Source: the human T2T-CHM13v2.0 reference genome, Homo sapiens. Taken from it: DNA of 64,000 nt. Shown in pieces: positions 41,261 to 54,794 of the stretch (the stretch's first letter is position 1; every line of letters begins with the position of its first letter). Under the pieces are notes generated by a model, which saw only the letters and a list, made by a program, of their open reading frames with translations, was not told where the DNA came from and searched no databases. Where the stretch lies: NCBI RefSeq assembly GCF_009914755.1, contig NC_060930.1. One strand, given 5' to 3'. The position numbers and the translations under genes were made by a program.

Positions 41261-42241
41261 ATACTGAGATATCAGTATTATTAACAAGCTCTCAGGTGGA
41301 TACAGAAAGCCTCCCTCTTGCCAGGATTTGCTTATTTCCTCCCTGCTGTGAGCTGCTGCCTTTTTCATTGCACATAAACATTGAATTAGCAGAATATAAT
41401 ATTATATATAATTCAGGTCTACTTACTCTAACCTAAGACCTTGAGCTGTTTTCATTTCTAATATATATGTATTAAGTTGAAATCATTATATTCAGAACAG
41501 GATTTTAGGCAAAGTCTGGAACTTTAAATGAAATCTGCAACTCATCCTATGGAAAGTGTCTTCTGAAAAAAGACGTGTTATACGACACATGTGTTACATT
41601 ATCCACTGATGTAATTGGCATTCACTTGTTTTTGTTGGTTTCAGTCTGACCTTTCCTAAAACTTCTCTCTTTCATTTCCATTACTTTATTTGTGAGAAAA
41701 TGTGGTCTGAAGGTTACACCTGGAGGCAAGAAATGCCATAATTCTAATTCCATAGTCTAATCCCAATTGACTCTCACTGGGGTCCTTGAAAATTAACAAT
41801 TAATAATTCTAAGATTTGTACCTACAGAGTAAATCAAATTATATAGTAAACCTGGTAACATTTTGAGAAATAAAGCATTAACATATGAAGATTACAAATG
41901 AATAAAATGTTTATATTTGTTTTGAGCACCATATTTCCGAAATGACAGCAATATCTTTAAACAGCAGCTATTCTGAAAGGACTGTCTAGTCTTCCTGTCA
42001 ATAAAGGAAGCTCAAGAGAAGAAAAGTCTTTGCTCAGTACGAAAAAATTCTGCTCAAGGTGTATATGGGAATAGAGATGTGCAATATGCATGGCTTACCA
42101 TATACAATGAGAGCAGTTGTAAGGTAGAGCAGGGTATATGAAGATATCCAACACTAGTCTCAATTTAACTAAAGTACTGATTCATTGAGTAGTGGGAGTA
42201 TTTTTAATTACGGTGTCTTGTATAGTTTCAGTAAAGTTTAG

Positions 42242-42300
42242 GAAAAATTGAATAGTGAAAATGATGACTTTGAAAAATCGAATAGTGAATTATTGACTTT
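42242..42300. repeat. ~30-bp tandem duplication
   Basis: GAAAAATTGAATAGTGAAAATGATGACTTT / GAAAAATCGAATAGTGAATTATTGACTTT. Confidence 0.85.
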
Positions 42301-43285
42301 GGGGGCAATATAAAAATATAACCATACATGTTGCTATTCCAATATCACATTTCTGCAGTTGTTACATGCATAGACATTACTGTTCACATGGCAGATAAGG
42401 ACGAAAAGTGAAAAAAGTAGCCATCAATGTATTTCAAATATGTCAACAATTAAAGTTTATTATCTCAATTCAAGATGCCACTGTCAATGGTTCAAAACAG
42501 TATTTGAGGAACCCATTAAAATTAATTCCTTTACATCATTCTTAATATTTAGCACATTATCTTCAGTTTTCAGTAGAGCAAGAGAATAATTTTAAATGTT
42601 TTCACCTAATACATTTATGCTTTATAAAACAAAGTAGTGTGAAATAACTTTAATATTATTTGTATTTCTTTACTAAAGGCATTACATTAATAAACGTACC
42701 AAACAATTATTTTTTTGCTTTCATTCATTAAAGCGAAATTACATGTTATTTTAAAAATGTAAGTGTTAAGCCTTCCCTTCCATCCATTCTCCTTCCCCCA
42801 TAATGCAACTCAGATTGCCTCAAGGACATGCTGTAGCTTTGTAAAGTAATGTTTTGCTGATACAGAAGACAATGATTCAAACATAGATTAAATTTCACTC
42901 TATAATCTTCAGGACATTTTAAAAATAGAAACTTGTTTGGAAAGTAGTGGTTTGGTGTTTACTGAACCTCAAACTTTCAGAAGGAATTTTTGATCTCTTA
43001 TTCCCTCTCATAAATCTCTCAGCAACAAACCATATTTCAGTAACATTAAAAAAAAAAGATCGCAACTCTCCCTTTTACTGTACAAAGAATTTTCTCTCTG
43101 CTAGACCTTTTTAAAAGGGTATCTCATCTAAAACTCCATAATATAAGTATCTTCCTGGAGTTAATTATCATAATGCTTTCATCTTTAGGACAAGCGAATG
43201 TAGGAAATAAGACAAAAAATTTAAAAAGGAAAAGGAAAAAATTTTAAGATGATTTCCTGGGAGTTTCATTTTCTAAACTTTATTG

Positions 43286-44161
43286 ATACTTGAAAATAAT
43301 TTCCTATTCATCTTCGTTGTGATTTGTTTTGAGACTGTATGAAAGGTTAACTAATTTTTTTCACTTCTTTTCCTCCCATGAATCTGAGTTTTCCTTTGCA
43401 GAGCTGATTAAATACACTTGAAGGCTACTGCGATATTTTTCTGATAATCTTGGGGAAAAGCAAAATAAAACCAAAAAATCATGTAAACTATATTATACAA
43501 ATAATAAAAAGAAGCAATTCAGTGTATGTGTTATACTGAAAAATGATTTCTATTACTTTTGTTCCTTGCCCCATTGCTGTTTGAGCAACTCTGCTCCTTT
43601 CTTTCCTCTCAAACGGAGCAAGTCATGACATAGCCCCCTCACGCTCACTACAGCAGCCTCTGGAAACACTGCCAGCGGCACCCGCAGAGCAAATGCAGCA
43701 CTCCTGAGCGAGGACCACAGGGCAAGAATTGTTTTTAATGTGGGTGTACATTAGTCTCGTTACTTTTGAGTCAAATAAATATAGGAAATTAAATTATGAC
43801 TTACATAAGAAACAGGAACTTTTTAAAAGTTTTTCTTTCTTTTTTTATTTGGTTGCCTTCATAAGTGGTTAAGAAATAATACTGAATTACACACTTGCAT
43901 CATTTTGGGGAATTCCACTTATGATGTTTTTGAGGAATTTGCAGCCATTAGTTAAGAATTTCATTTATACTTTCATGGTTAAAAACAACTAAAAGTTAGG
44001 TATTCAGATAATAAATTGAAATCACTTGGAATCAACTACGTGTTCTGTGAAGACCATTATTCTTCAAAAGACATTTTATGTATCTGTTATATTGAAATAA
44101 CAGCGAGGTGTTATTCAGTTCATACTTGAAAATAATTTACTATTCATCTTCTTTGTGATTT
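43286..44161. repeat. Dispersed 40-bp direct repeat (43286-43325 and 44122-44161)
   Basis: ATACTTGAAAATAATTT(C/A)CTATTCATCTTC(G/T)TTGTGATTT, 38/40 identical. Confidence 0.92.
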
Positions 44162-46359
44162 TTTCAGGTATATTATTTTAAAAAGTAGACTAATAAATTA
44201 ATTAAACATTGCATTCTCAGGTTGTCTCACAAGTGTAAGAGTCCAAAACATCCCTAAAATAAAAATCAATTTACACATTTTAAAAATGGTATTGTTCTAG
44301 CTCACCATTTAAAATATGCTGTGTGTCATGGTTTATATCTTACCAGTCGCCATTTTTATAATTTATCAGTGTCAATATGTCCATTCCACAAAAGAATCAC
44401 ATGAAAGATATATTTCTTGGGCCAGTGTATATTTGGCCCTAATTTTTTTACAATGAGAGGAAGTGCATAGGTTTTGCATGAATATACATGGGACAAATGA
44501 AACAGATCTGTGATGAAGCAAATTGCTTGCATGTGTGGCTTTATCTTTATAGACAAGTGGCTTACTCAGTCAAGCATGTAAGCTGAACTTGACTTCTGCT
44601 CTAGAAATTATCCCAACCTCTGCCATACTGCCCACTATACCTCTCAACTCTGCTAGAACAACTTCACTCTGCACACTTCACTGTGGCAGATACTGTGCTA
44701 CACTGTGTTCTAGACACTGCAGGTACCAAGGACATACCCAGAGGGCTCACAGGGCAGCAGGCACAAGTAGTTACAAAATAAAATAGAGGAAAGCATAATT
44801 TATAAAGTTTATGGGGATTCAAAGACCACAGAGATTCTGCACCAATTTAAGGGGGCAAAGGGGTAATAAGAATTTCTTGGAGGACTCTTTTCAATAATAA
44901 CGGAGGATTCCAAATGGTGAAGATAGTGGAGAAGTTGAAACGCCAGAAAACCCAGGAAAAAGAGGTAGGGAGGAAGACTTTAATGGTAGGCTAGGGATAA
45001 GCAATAGGATTAGCAATGTGTTCTACCTTCATTTCTCAAGCAAGACTTGAGCCAATTAACCATGAGCAAGACGGCTTTGCCATGGTAAGACGCACTTGTT
45101 AACAATTAAAAATGAAAATCTCTTTCATATGACTGGATACAGCTCTTTAACTCAGTTTAATGGAGCATTCAATGTCAATATAATTTGATGATATTACTTA
45201 GGACTGGTTTTTATTGCTTTATATATTTTAAAACTGAACATTTTCTTTCTATATATGCAATAATTTAGCGTGTAAACTAATTGGGGAAGCAATATTCCAA
45301 TTGGCCATTTTGGTTTATTCATGAAATGAACATGAGTGGTGTCTGTACTCTACCAAATAATTTGTTTATTCAGAGTAATACATTTCTGGAAACTTTATAG
45401 ACTCCAATCCCAATTTCTCATCATTTTCATTTTTCTATTAGCATTTTTTGTGTTATTAGGAATCAAAACTAATCCATAAATAATAATGCTTCATAGGAAT
45501 AGTATTTCATGTGTGTGATTCCTCTGGTCTGAAATGTATTGAGATTATGTCTGAACCTATGTCTATTTTGTTTACTCAAGAGAAGGAGTGAATTTTATCA
45601 TATCTTTTGATTTGATGTTTTCTACAGATTTATAGCATCATATCACCATTCTTATTATTTATCAGAAAACAGTGATCATCCAGGTAAAATATTTTGCCCT
45701 CAAGCTAGTAAATGGCATGGCCATTATTCAGATATAGGCCTATTAAATTCCAAGCTACATATTATTTCCACTATATTACAATGTCTTTCTGAAAGAAAAA
45801 CTATAAGTAAGAACTCACATGCAAAATTGCAGTGTTTCGTTTACATATAGACAAACAAAATTATTTCTGGGATTCATTTATCACTGGTGTTTGTTTATCC
45901 TTTTAGGTTGGACATAGTGAAATTTTAAGGTCTTAAACAGGCATTGCCTATTTCATAAACAAAAGAAAGCAGTTAACAGATATTCACTCAGATCATATGT
46001 ATCCTGAAATTGGTAAGGCACTAAATATTTCACATCAACAGGGATAAAAGCTCAGCAGTGTTTGGGTTTGGAACATCCAACATTTTTTTCCCAAATCTGA
46101 AATTCATTTTGCCAAGGAATTTTTCCCTTAATTTTAAAACCATGTTTTGTGTAAAAGATAATAGAGAAATAAAATTCAAATATTTCTGATTCATTTATGG
46201 TCAGGCTCATAGATACAAAAGTATCTCAAGCACTAAATAAAGCATTTGGACTTTTTAAACAAATACAATGTTTAATAGAGTGGGGTGTAAATTTATTCAA
46301 TATTAAAGAACTTAGGGTTAATTTAAAACCCAGGAACTATAGATAACATATGTCACACA

Positions 46360-46470
46360 GAAGTAAGGAAGAAGGGCAGGAAGAAAAGCTGGAGTGAAAG
46401 GATAGAGAGAGGAAGGAAAAGGGACGGGGAAAGGATAAAAGGAAGAAAAGAAATAAAAAGAGAGATGGAA
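46360..46470. repeat. GA-rich low-complexity tract
   Basis: Near-pure purine run on the + strand. Confidence 0.8.
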
Positions 46471-46784
46471 GATAATTATGTCTCTGTTATTTTCATACTG
46501 CTTTATGATTTTAAATATACTTTCATACTTATTACTTCATATTTCCTCTACTTTTCAGGTATACTACTTCATATTTCCTAACAGCTTCGAGTGTGATGTC
46601 ACAATTTCCATTTTATAGCTAACTGAAGAGCTGCAGATTGTTTATGTGAACAGCTTAAGGTCACACAGGGAGTTGAAAGACAGCTCCCTTAAAATCTTTC
46701 TGAAACAATTTGGCCTATAAATGGTAGTGCAGCTGTGATTTTAATCAAATCTTCTTAAGCAAGGGCAGAGCTGTACCTTTTGCA

Positions 46785-46971
46785 CAGTGGTTCTCAACTT
46801 GAGGGTGCCTCAGACTAACCTGGAGGCCTTGTTAAAACACAGATTGCTAAGCCCCATCCCCAGAGGCTCTGACTCAGGAGCCCCAGAGTAAGGCCCAAGA
46901 ACTTACACCTCTCTCAAGTCCTCGGGTGAGACTGATGCTGCTAGTCAGGAGACCGTCTTTGGAAACTGCCA
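46785..46971. mobile_element. MER5A (hAT-Charlie)
   Basis: CAGTGGTTCTCAA...CTTGTTAAAACACAGATTGCT...CCCCAGAG...GATGCTGCTAGTC. Confidence 0.85.
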
Positions 46972-49739
46972 ATTTTGCCAACCTTCTGGAGCTTTGGCCT
47001 CTGTGTAGGGGTGAGCCACTGGGATGCGATGTGAGCCACTACTGCTCGCATCATACGTGAGCTAAGACTAGAAATAGGAGCTTAAATTTAGAATAAAATC
47101 TGATTTTTTTCTCCCTCATTTTTAGACTTTACACCAGGAAGAGTTCCTTTTAAAATTGGCCTGGGTGGCAGAGGTCAGAACATACACAATTCAACAACAA
47201 CTTGCGCCACCCACCTCCAATTCCCTGCTCTACAGGACCATCCTGACTTCCACAGTGACCCGAGCACTGGCATTCCAAGGACTCAAATGACCACCTTCCT
47301 CGCCCTTCAATAAGGCTGCCTGGAATTCTTCTAAGTAACACTTATTCCTACACATTAGGGATTTTTCACCTCACATTTCCCTTGCCCAAGAGCAAAAAGC
47401 TCAGGGAATGATTGGCTTTTCAAGCTAAAGAGTGGGAGAGTCTGGGGCGGTTGAAGACAGTCTGGGTAGCATTTGAGGGGAGGAGAAATGCAAGTCCAGA
47501 GGTGGGGCTGCGGGGCAGGAGGGAGTGGATAGCCAGAGTAATAGGGCTACGGTGTTTGGAAGATGTGGGAGAAACATTCTGGAAAGACAGAGGGGAGGCA
47601 CAAAGACAAAGGTGGCTTGCTTGCTCCAACAGCTGAGTTTACCCTGACAGGCTTCTGTGTTCACAGTGCCACCCTACCCTCCCAGCCCTAGAGGTGAACC
47701 GGTTGATGGGTCAATCTTGAGTAGGTCAGATTAATTTTTTTCAGGGCAAAGGAAAACACTGAAAAAAAGAGCTTAGCTAATGTTTCCAGGGCACCTTGAG
47801 AAAAGTATAATCTATAGGAAATGAGAGTATTGATAATATTAGACCCTAAATAATACTAAAACCATTTGAGTAAAAAACAATGATAAGACTTTGGGGCTGC
47901 AGGACTATGTCTCTGAGTCTGGGGCCTGTTCAAGAAGTCCTGCAAGAAAGGAGAGCCAGTTTTACCTTTAGAAAAGCTCCTGTACTATTTTCTTAGTTTG
48001 TAACTTTAACAGACAAAAGTTCAAGTTCTTCATCCCGAGTCGGGGTGATGTGAGGAAACTGTGACTGTGAATCTCACTGTCGTTTATTTTTCTTCAGTAT
48101 CTCTCAGTGAAGAAAGTATTTGGATGAATGACAGAAAGCATCCTGAACTGTGCACCTGCAAAAGATATTTCACACATTCCTTTTTGGACATTTTGTTATT
48201 TTCCTCTAAGCCGATAGCCTTTCCATCTTGTGCAGGAAAGATCATTAAGTATTTCATAGGCATAAACATTTCATGTTCAAAACTTTTGGTACTTCAGTTG
48301 TAATATTGTTATTGTACTACATAAATCTAAAATAAAACCAGCTTCTCTGCCCAGTACCTATCAGCTGCAATTTAGGGGAAGTGCCTTTATATTTATATCC
48401 TATGGGCCCAATCAGGTAGAAAGAGAATTATTCTTTATCTTGTCTAATGTCCCCAAATCTCCCAGGTCCCAAGTCACAGAAAGGCAATGTGGTAGCATTC
48501 TTCTGGGGACTCATCAGATATATCCTCAAAGTACTTTTGTCAAATACATTATTCTAATCAATGTGAATCCTAAAATGTTATTATTAATAGTATAGTTATA
48601 TGTTGTCAATTTTTTTTGGAATATGAATCATTTTTGTAAGTAATATGTCATTTGATTGTCTCAAAAATTCTATCAAGTTATCCCATTTTGTGGGTCAAAG
48701 AACTAAGGTTCAGGAACATGAAGGGACTTGCTTCAATTAATTGGTCAGGATGTGATGGCGGGGAGATTTGGAGAGGCTCCAGGGTCCAAGGTTGAGCCTT
48801 TGTGCTATTCTATGTCACTTGGCTTCTGGCAGAGCACAGATCTTAGATGTTTAGCTCTTCAGTCACAGGATGGAGAGGAGGGAAAGTCAGAAGCACGGAG
48901 GCGGTCCTGTTGTGTAGCACTGATTTTCAGAATCTTCCCCCAACACTTCATCTTCCTCCTTGTTCTTTTCCTGGCCAAGCCTTAATTGACCAGTTCTACT
49001 TCTAGTTAAGGACCAATTCCTTCTGGCCCAGTGCTACAAGGACATTAGCAATCCCACTCCTTCACGAAGCTGATTGTGAGTCATGCCAGTTCCTCCTCCA
49101 GGCAGAACCAGGTGTGGGCACTCTTTCTGAGCTCCGCATCGAACATGGGGACCTGTGATGCAGTGTTTTCAGCTCCCACTGGAGAGATGCAGAGAGGGCG
49201 ATTTATCAGTGACAGTCAAAAAAGCTGGTTCTGCCTCTTTCTAGAGGCAGATGCAGGGGCCTAGATGTTGTTATTAATCATTCGTAAACGGTTCTGTGTT
49301 CAAAATAGCAGTGTTTAAATATTTCAGAACAGGTCCAGCCTCATAAAAAGTGGGTTATGGGCTGTCATGATAACATTTCATCTCCTTCACCATGTTGTGG
49401 CCGAGAGAAATAAGCTGTCACTGCCACTTGCATCCCTGACCCTCCAACATGCCAGGGCACAGCAGCCAATGGAGTGTGCTGGCAGCAAGGCAGGGGGGAG
49501 AAAGGCAGGACTACTCCATCAAGATACCACCATGAACCAAAAGGGCAATTTTCCCATATTTAGGCTGCCTGTTTGGGTTAACTATCAACCAAAGACCTTT
49601 GTTTTTAAACAGAACCTTTTTTCTCTTTCACATTTGATAAATAAAAGCCTTAGACTGAAATTCTTTCTGATTTTACTGCTTCCTTTAAGTTTTACCTCAT
49701 GACATTTTGGATAGACTGAATGAAATCATAGTTTATTTC

Positions 49740-49815
49740 CCTCCCTATTCCGGTGCCTACCCTGCCCCGCACCTTTCCCACTTTCCCAGTTCTCGGAATC
49801 TGTCTGACGTAACTG
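49740..49815. promoter_or_regulatory. Candidate enhancer core (motif cluster)
   Basis: ETS-like ATTCCGGT, KLF/SP-like GCCCCGCACC, RBPJ TTTCCCAC, STAT GAS TTCTCGGAA and CRE-like TGACGTAA within about 70 bp, with 4 CpGs. Confidence 0.4.
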
Positions 49816-51267
49816 TTTAGGGAAGATGGTATTAACCTGATAGCATCTGAGGAACACCTGCCTGCATTATCACTACTTTACTCTGAGTTAGAAACCCCGT
49901 GCCCTTTTCAATAACAAGAACAGGGAGAAACCATCGTGAAACACACCACTCAGAAAGGACAGTTTAGGCTCATGATAGGAAAGCAGTCTGCAGCAAACAA
50001 CAACAGTAAAAAAACAAGAATGAATTTCAAAGAGTGTGGTATCTGGAAAGTAAACTAAATGCCATTTGAAAGTCAAGTCTTACACTTGTGTTTTCATCTC
50101 CCTCTGTTCTTACACAGCTTCATAGCTGTGAAAAATAGTCAATAATATTTGTATTTGCTTCTCTATTCATTTTTTTCTCTCCAGCTGATGATAATCTGGC
50201 TTTCCTCACCAATGCCAGTGCAAGTGAAATATTAAAGTAACCACTAATCTGGGGCTAAAATAGCAAGTGGACTCTGTTGCTCTGGGAGTAACCCCAACAC
50301 TGCCCTAGTTTGGTGGTGATGCTTTGGTAGTCAATCAGTGTTTCCCAAGGGAAAAAAGTAGGATGCTAATGTAATCTTCAGTTCCACACATGCATTAGAA
50401 TCAATTCCAAGCATGTGCAGGTTGTCATTCTTACTGGGTGTCTTTGCTAGGCGTGGACAGTGAGAGAAATTTTCGGTTTATTAGAGCGAATCCAATCCTC
50501 GGCTGGCCAAATAATGACAAGACTGCTTTGGGAAATGTAAAAGTAAGAGGCAGGCTAGGAGAGGGATTCCTAGAAAACCAGAAAAAATCTTGAGATAAAC
50601 ATCTTGAATTTCTCTATAGGTGAGACCTCTGGCATTTCTGAAAGAAGCTGAGGGTTCAACCAATACTATTAACCAAGACAATGAAATGAGGACACTATTA
50701 AGAACTAGGAAGAAACAGGGAGACTCACATGTCTAACTGGACCCGTTTATATTTGACATGTAGAGTCTATAGTAAGACTTCTGATTTTGAGGAATTCTTA
50801 ACAAATTTTCTATAAAAACACCAAAATTCTAAAGCTAGGAGCCAGGTTTCTTGCACACTTTTCACAAATAATCTTTTAATTATTATTATTATTTAGTTTT
50901 TGATTTGGAAAAGAAAAATGCCATTCTACCTTTAGGCAGTTGGCTCAAAATGCTCAGCTCTGAGAAGAGGAGGAAAAGAAATGAAGATTTAGAGATTTTA
51001 GAGACAGAAGGATTTCTCTTAATAATATTCTTCCTCATTGGAACCTTTTTGGCCATTACAACTGTTATATTATGGTTTTGTATGTATCCGTTTCAGGTTA
51101 TGCCCCTCCATCATCTGATCATCTTTTCCTTAAGAGCAGAGATTGTGCCTTATTCATTATATGCCCTTTAAAGCACTTAGCAGTAGTTTCCAGTAAGTGT
51201 TTAATGAATATACATAATCTTTGCCCAAATGCTCTAGAGAAAAAAAAGAGCCTGGGGCATAATATTA

Positions 51268-51760
51268 TGTGTTAGTACTCCATTGGGGAGTGCATTCTCA
51301 GGGAAGAAGGAATACAGATAAAGGGGAGAGAGGCAGGGAAGGGGAGAGAATAAATACAAAGGGTGCATGACCTAGCTGGCCACTGCTTGAAATCAAGCAT
51401 CACTAATTGATCTTATGGAATTGTCTTTAGAGCGAACATGTGGATAAAACATCTCAGGACAGCCCTTCCAGGGAAAAGAAAGAAGATGAATTTTTTAAAT
51501 ATCTCCTGTCTCTCATTTGGCAAAGATTTGCCACATACATAGCTCCCCTGCACTTTCAAGTTGCGTATGCCCAAGCCCTGAGTATGCCTGCAGCCCTTCT
51601 ACCCGAAACAGGGGTTCGGTTAACCTGCAGCAACAGGTAGACACGAAGTTGATTGGACCACTATCATAGCATCAACTGGGACAGAAGAAGTGGACAAGGA
51701 CCTGGAAGACATGTGAGACCGAGAGAATCACAGGTGGGGCTGAAGGGGTATCTGATACTT
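51268..51760. mobile_element. Old MaLR (MLT1-class) LTR
   Basis: TTGGGGAGTGCATTCTCAGGGAAG...GGGGTATCTGATAC; similar to the 36.4-kb element. Confidence 0.45.
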
Positions 51761-53017
51761 TGCTCACAAATTTGCTAGAGCTCTCAGACTAAGGACTGCC
51801 TGAAAAAGCAAGATTCCATAAAACTATCTTTGAGGTTTACTGGGACAAATGTCACTTGACAGTACCTGTGCTGTATGGTTCAGGTACTGTCTTGGAACAT
51901 TTTTTTTAATGACAAATTTTCTTAACATTCAGTACAATGCCATTTACACTCTATATGAACCATATTTGCTGTGACATATATGTACCAAAAAATAATGCAA
52001 CATAGTCCTGAGGTCAAGTTTATCAACTGAACATCATATAGTGGAACATACTGCTAACAGTACAAACTCTCATTCCTCCTTGAGAGTTTCCAATAGTGAA
52101 AAATCCAAGAGAATTTTTACATAAACACAGATAAGCATGGTGGGTCAGCACATTTCTTCCATACAGATAAATACAATCCAAAACTTATCACGTCAGCTTC
52201 TACTCTGATCCTGAGAGGAGATGAAGATGCTTGGATAAGAGAGAATTGTTTTTAAATTGTTCACATTCAAAGGGGTGGGTAAACACCCATACAATTGTAT
52301 TGGAGTACTAGAGTTACTATACTGTGAATACAAATCCACTGAAGAGAGTGGTTACCTAGGTCCGGGAAAATGCAGGAAAGTTTCAAAAAGAGTTTTCATT
52401 TAGGTGAGGCTTTAAAGAATAAAGAAAGTCTCTAGGAGGCAGAGAAAGGGAATGGCATTCTAGACATAAACAACAGCAAGAGAGAAAGGCTCCTTTCCAG
52501 TAAACATAGTACTTATTGAACTAAGAAACATCTACTCATCTACGAACTTTGTATGCATATGGTGTTAGGGACTTAAGAGTTTCTCTCATCCAAACCCAGG
52601 ACTTGAATGTGAATTTGAATTAGAATGAGGAGAAAGGATCGGTCCAAAGAAGCATTAGAATAGAAGCCAGAGAGGATACTGGTACTCAAGTCCCCAGGCA
52701 CATCCAATGACAATGACAGAAACTCTCCTTTTACATCTCTGCTTCTTGCTCTTGGGTGATCAAGACCCATTACCATTGTCTAGTTTCCCAGTAGGACCTC
52801 AGTTGTCAACATTGCATTAAGTGATAGGGTATGGTCGTGAGCAAAGTGAAGGCATGGAGAGTTTCAGAAAATCCTGACCAGGGATGAAAATTTCCCTGGG
52901 TTCTACCTACCCACATGCCTTAACTAATTGAGCACAACCTTTGTGCTAGGGTCCATTATCTCTAGTGATTATTTTTATATATTATATGGTAATTTCTAAA
53001 AAGCATAAACATTTTAA

Positions 53018-53362
<345 letters not shown>

Positions 53363-54794
53363 TGCCTTTTTCTGAATTTTGTTTTTGACGATTGATTTAT
53401 ATATATACTTACTTAAAAAATTTTAGAACACGATTAACGTTTTCTTCGATTCAATAATCCTCTAAAGTAGCATGGTAAACAGAAAGAGGGAAAATTTTAT
53501 TTCAGGAAATTCTACAAAAAATGAGGAGTATATTTTTAAAAAGTGTTAACTTATATATTGCCTTCTCCATTAAAAAAATTCTGATTACCTTAAGAAAAAC
53601 TGTATACAACTTTTTAGATGAAAATAATATATTATGCAACCTCTATTTTTTTTTTTTTTTTTTGAGGGTGGTGTTGGAATCCTTAAATAGGTTGCATTTT
53701 ACTTTTAATTGACTTCTGAACACTCATGTGCTGTGCTGGCAATATTTACTAAAGAGTAATACTTTATCTTCTATTAGCTTAGAAATGTCATAATGTTGAA
53801 GCTCCACAGCTAAATTTCTATGGTGAATATCAACTACTTTTGGAACATATTGTTAACCTATTCTACCAAGTGTCAAAAATTTTGCTCAAGAAAGAAATGC
53901 AATTTCCTGGACTATGAACCAGCTTTTGGTGCATAGACACATATCTAATATACTTAATGTTAAATCCTGCAGTACTTGCATATCAATGTATTAACAAAAA
54001 CCCAGAACGTTCCTTTAACTATTTACATACATTTCACAACTTCCCTTTCGATTCAGAATTGCTTCACCTATAATTTTTGTGCTTTCCAGAGCATTACAAC
54101 AATGTGATACAATGGGGGTTGTTGTGAAAACCACTAGATCATTTCACCTACTCCAAAATGCAGGGGCAGCTTGCTTGCTTAAGTGTCTCAGGCAGATGGA
54201 TCATATTAACGTCTGTGCACTACAGCTTGCCCTGGCTACCAGGGTGTTTCTGGATGCAGTTCAAAGCGTTGACTTTGATCTATGAAGCTGTATACATTTT
54301 AGGCCAGGAACTATTTATCCTAAAATCACCCATAGTGGGCAAGATGAAACAGGGAACCATTGTTGAAGCTGCCAGCATCATAATTCAAAGTTAGTAGCTT
54401 TCTCGGTAATGTCCACCAAGTTGCCATTACCTGAAGAATTCAACTGCACTTTTACTATCCTCTTAACTGTATAGCCTAATGTGGAAGATAAAAGTATAAC
54501 TTTCATATAGCATAATATCTCATGTATTATGACTAAATAAAGTTAAATACTTTGGTATATTTAATTTACATGTTAATATCTTACATATCCTCATTAAAGT
54601 ATGTAACTTTTTTTAAAGAAATGGAACATCTTAATTTCAGATAAAGTTTTATATGCATAAGGACTTATCACTATTAATGTAGATCCTCAAAATTAAAAAA
54701 ATGAAATAATCCATAGTTTTTTAAAAAAAGGAAAAGTGATTGAATGTAAATAAGCCAAAATAACAAAAATAATTAAAATCACCCATCATTCTAC

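Noticed and set aside
43655-43675. TGGCAGTGT (miR-34/449 seed) on the - strand
   Set aside because: The rest of the mature sequence and the hairpin do not match
44150-44175. Recursive-splice-like CAG|GT junctions (also about 46556)
   Set aside because: Regenerated donors GTATAT/GTATAC are weak compared with the GTAAG-type consensus
47200-49205. Partial CTCF-like motifs (GCGCCACC about 47204, GTGCCACC about 47666, AGAGGGCG about 49193)
   Set aside because: Each lacks the conserved CC half of the core motif
50185-50240. Strong + acceptor followed by the frame DDNLAFLTNASASEILK
   Set aside because: Only weak donors follow, an in-frame stop comes immediately after, and the peptide is unrecognised
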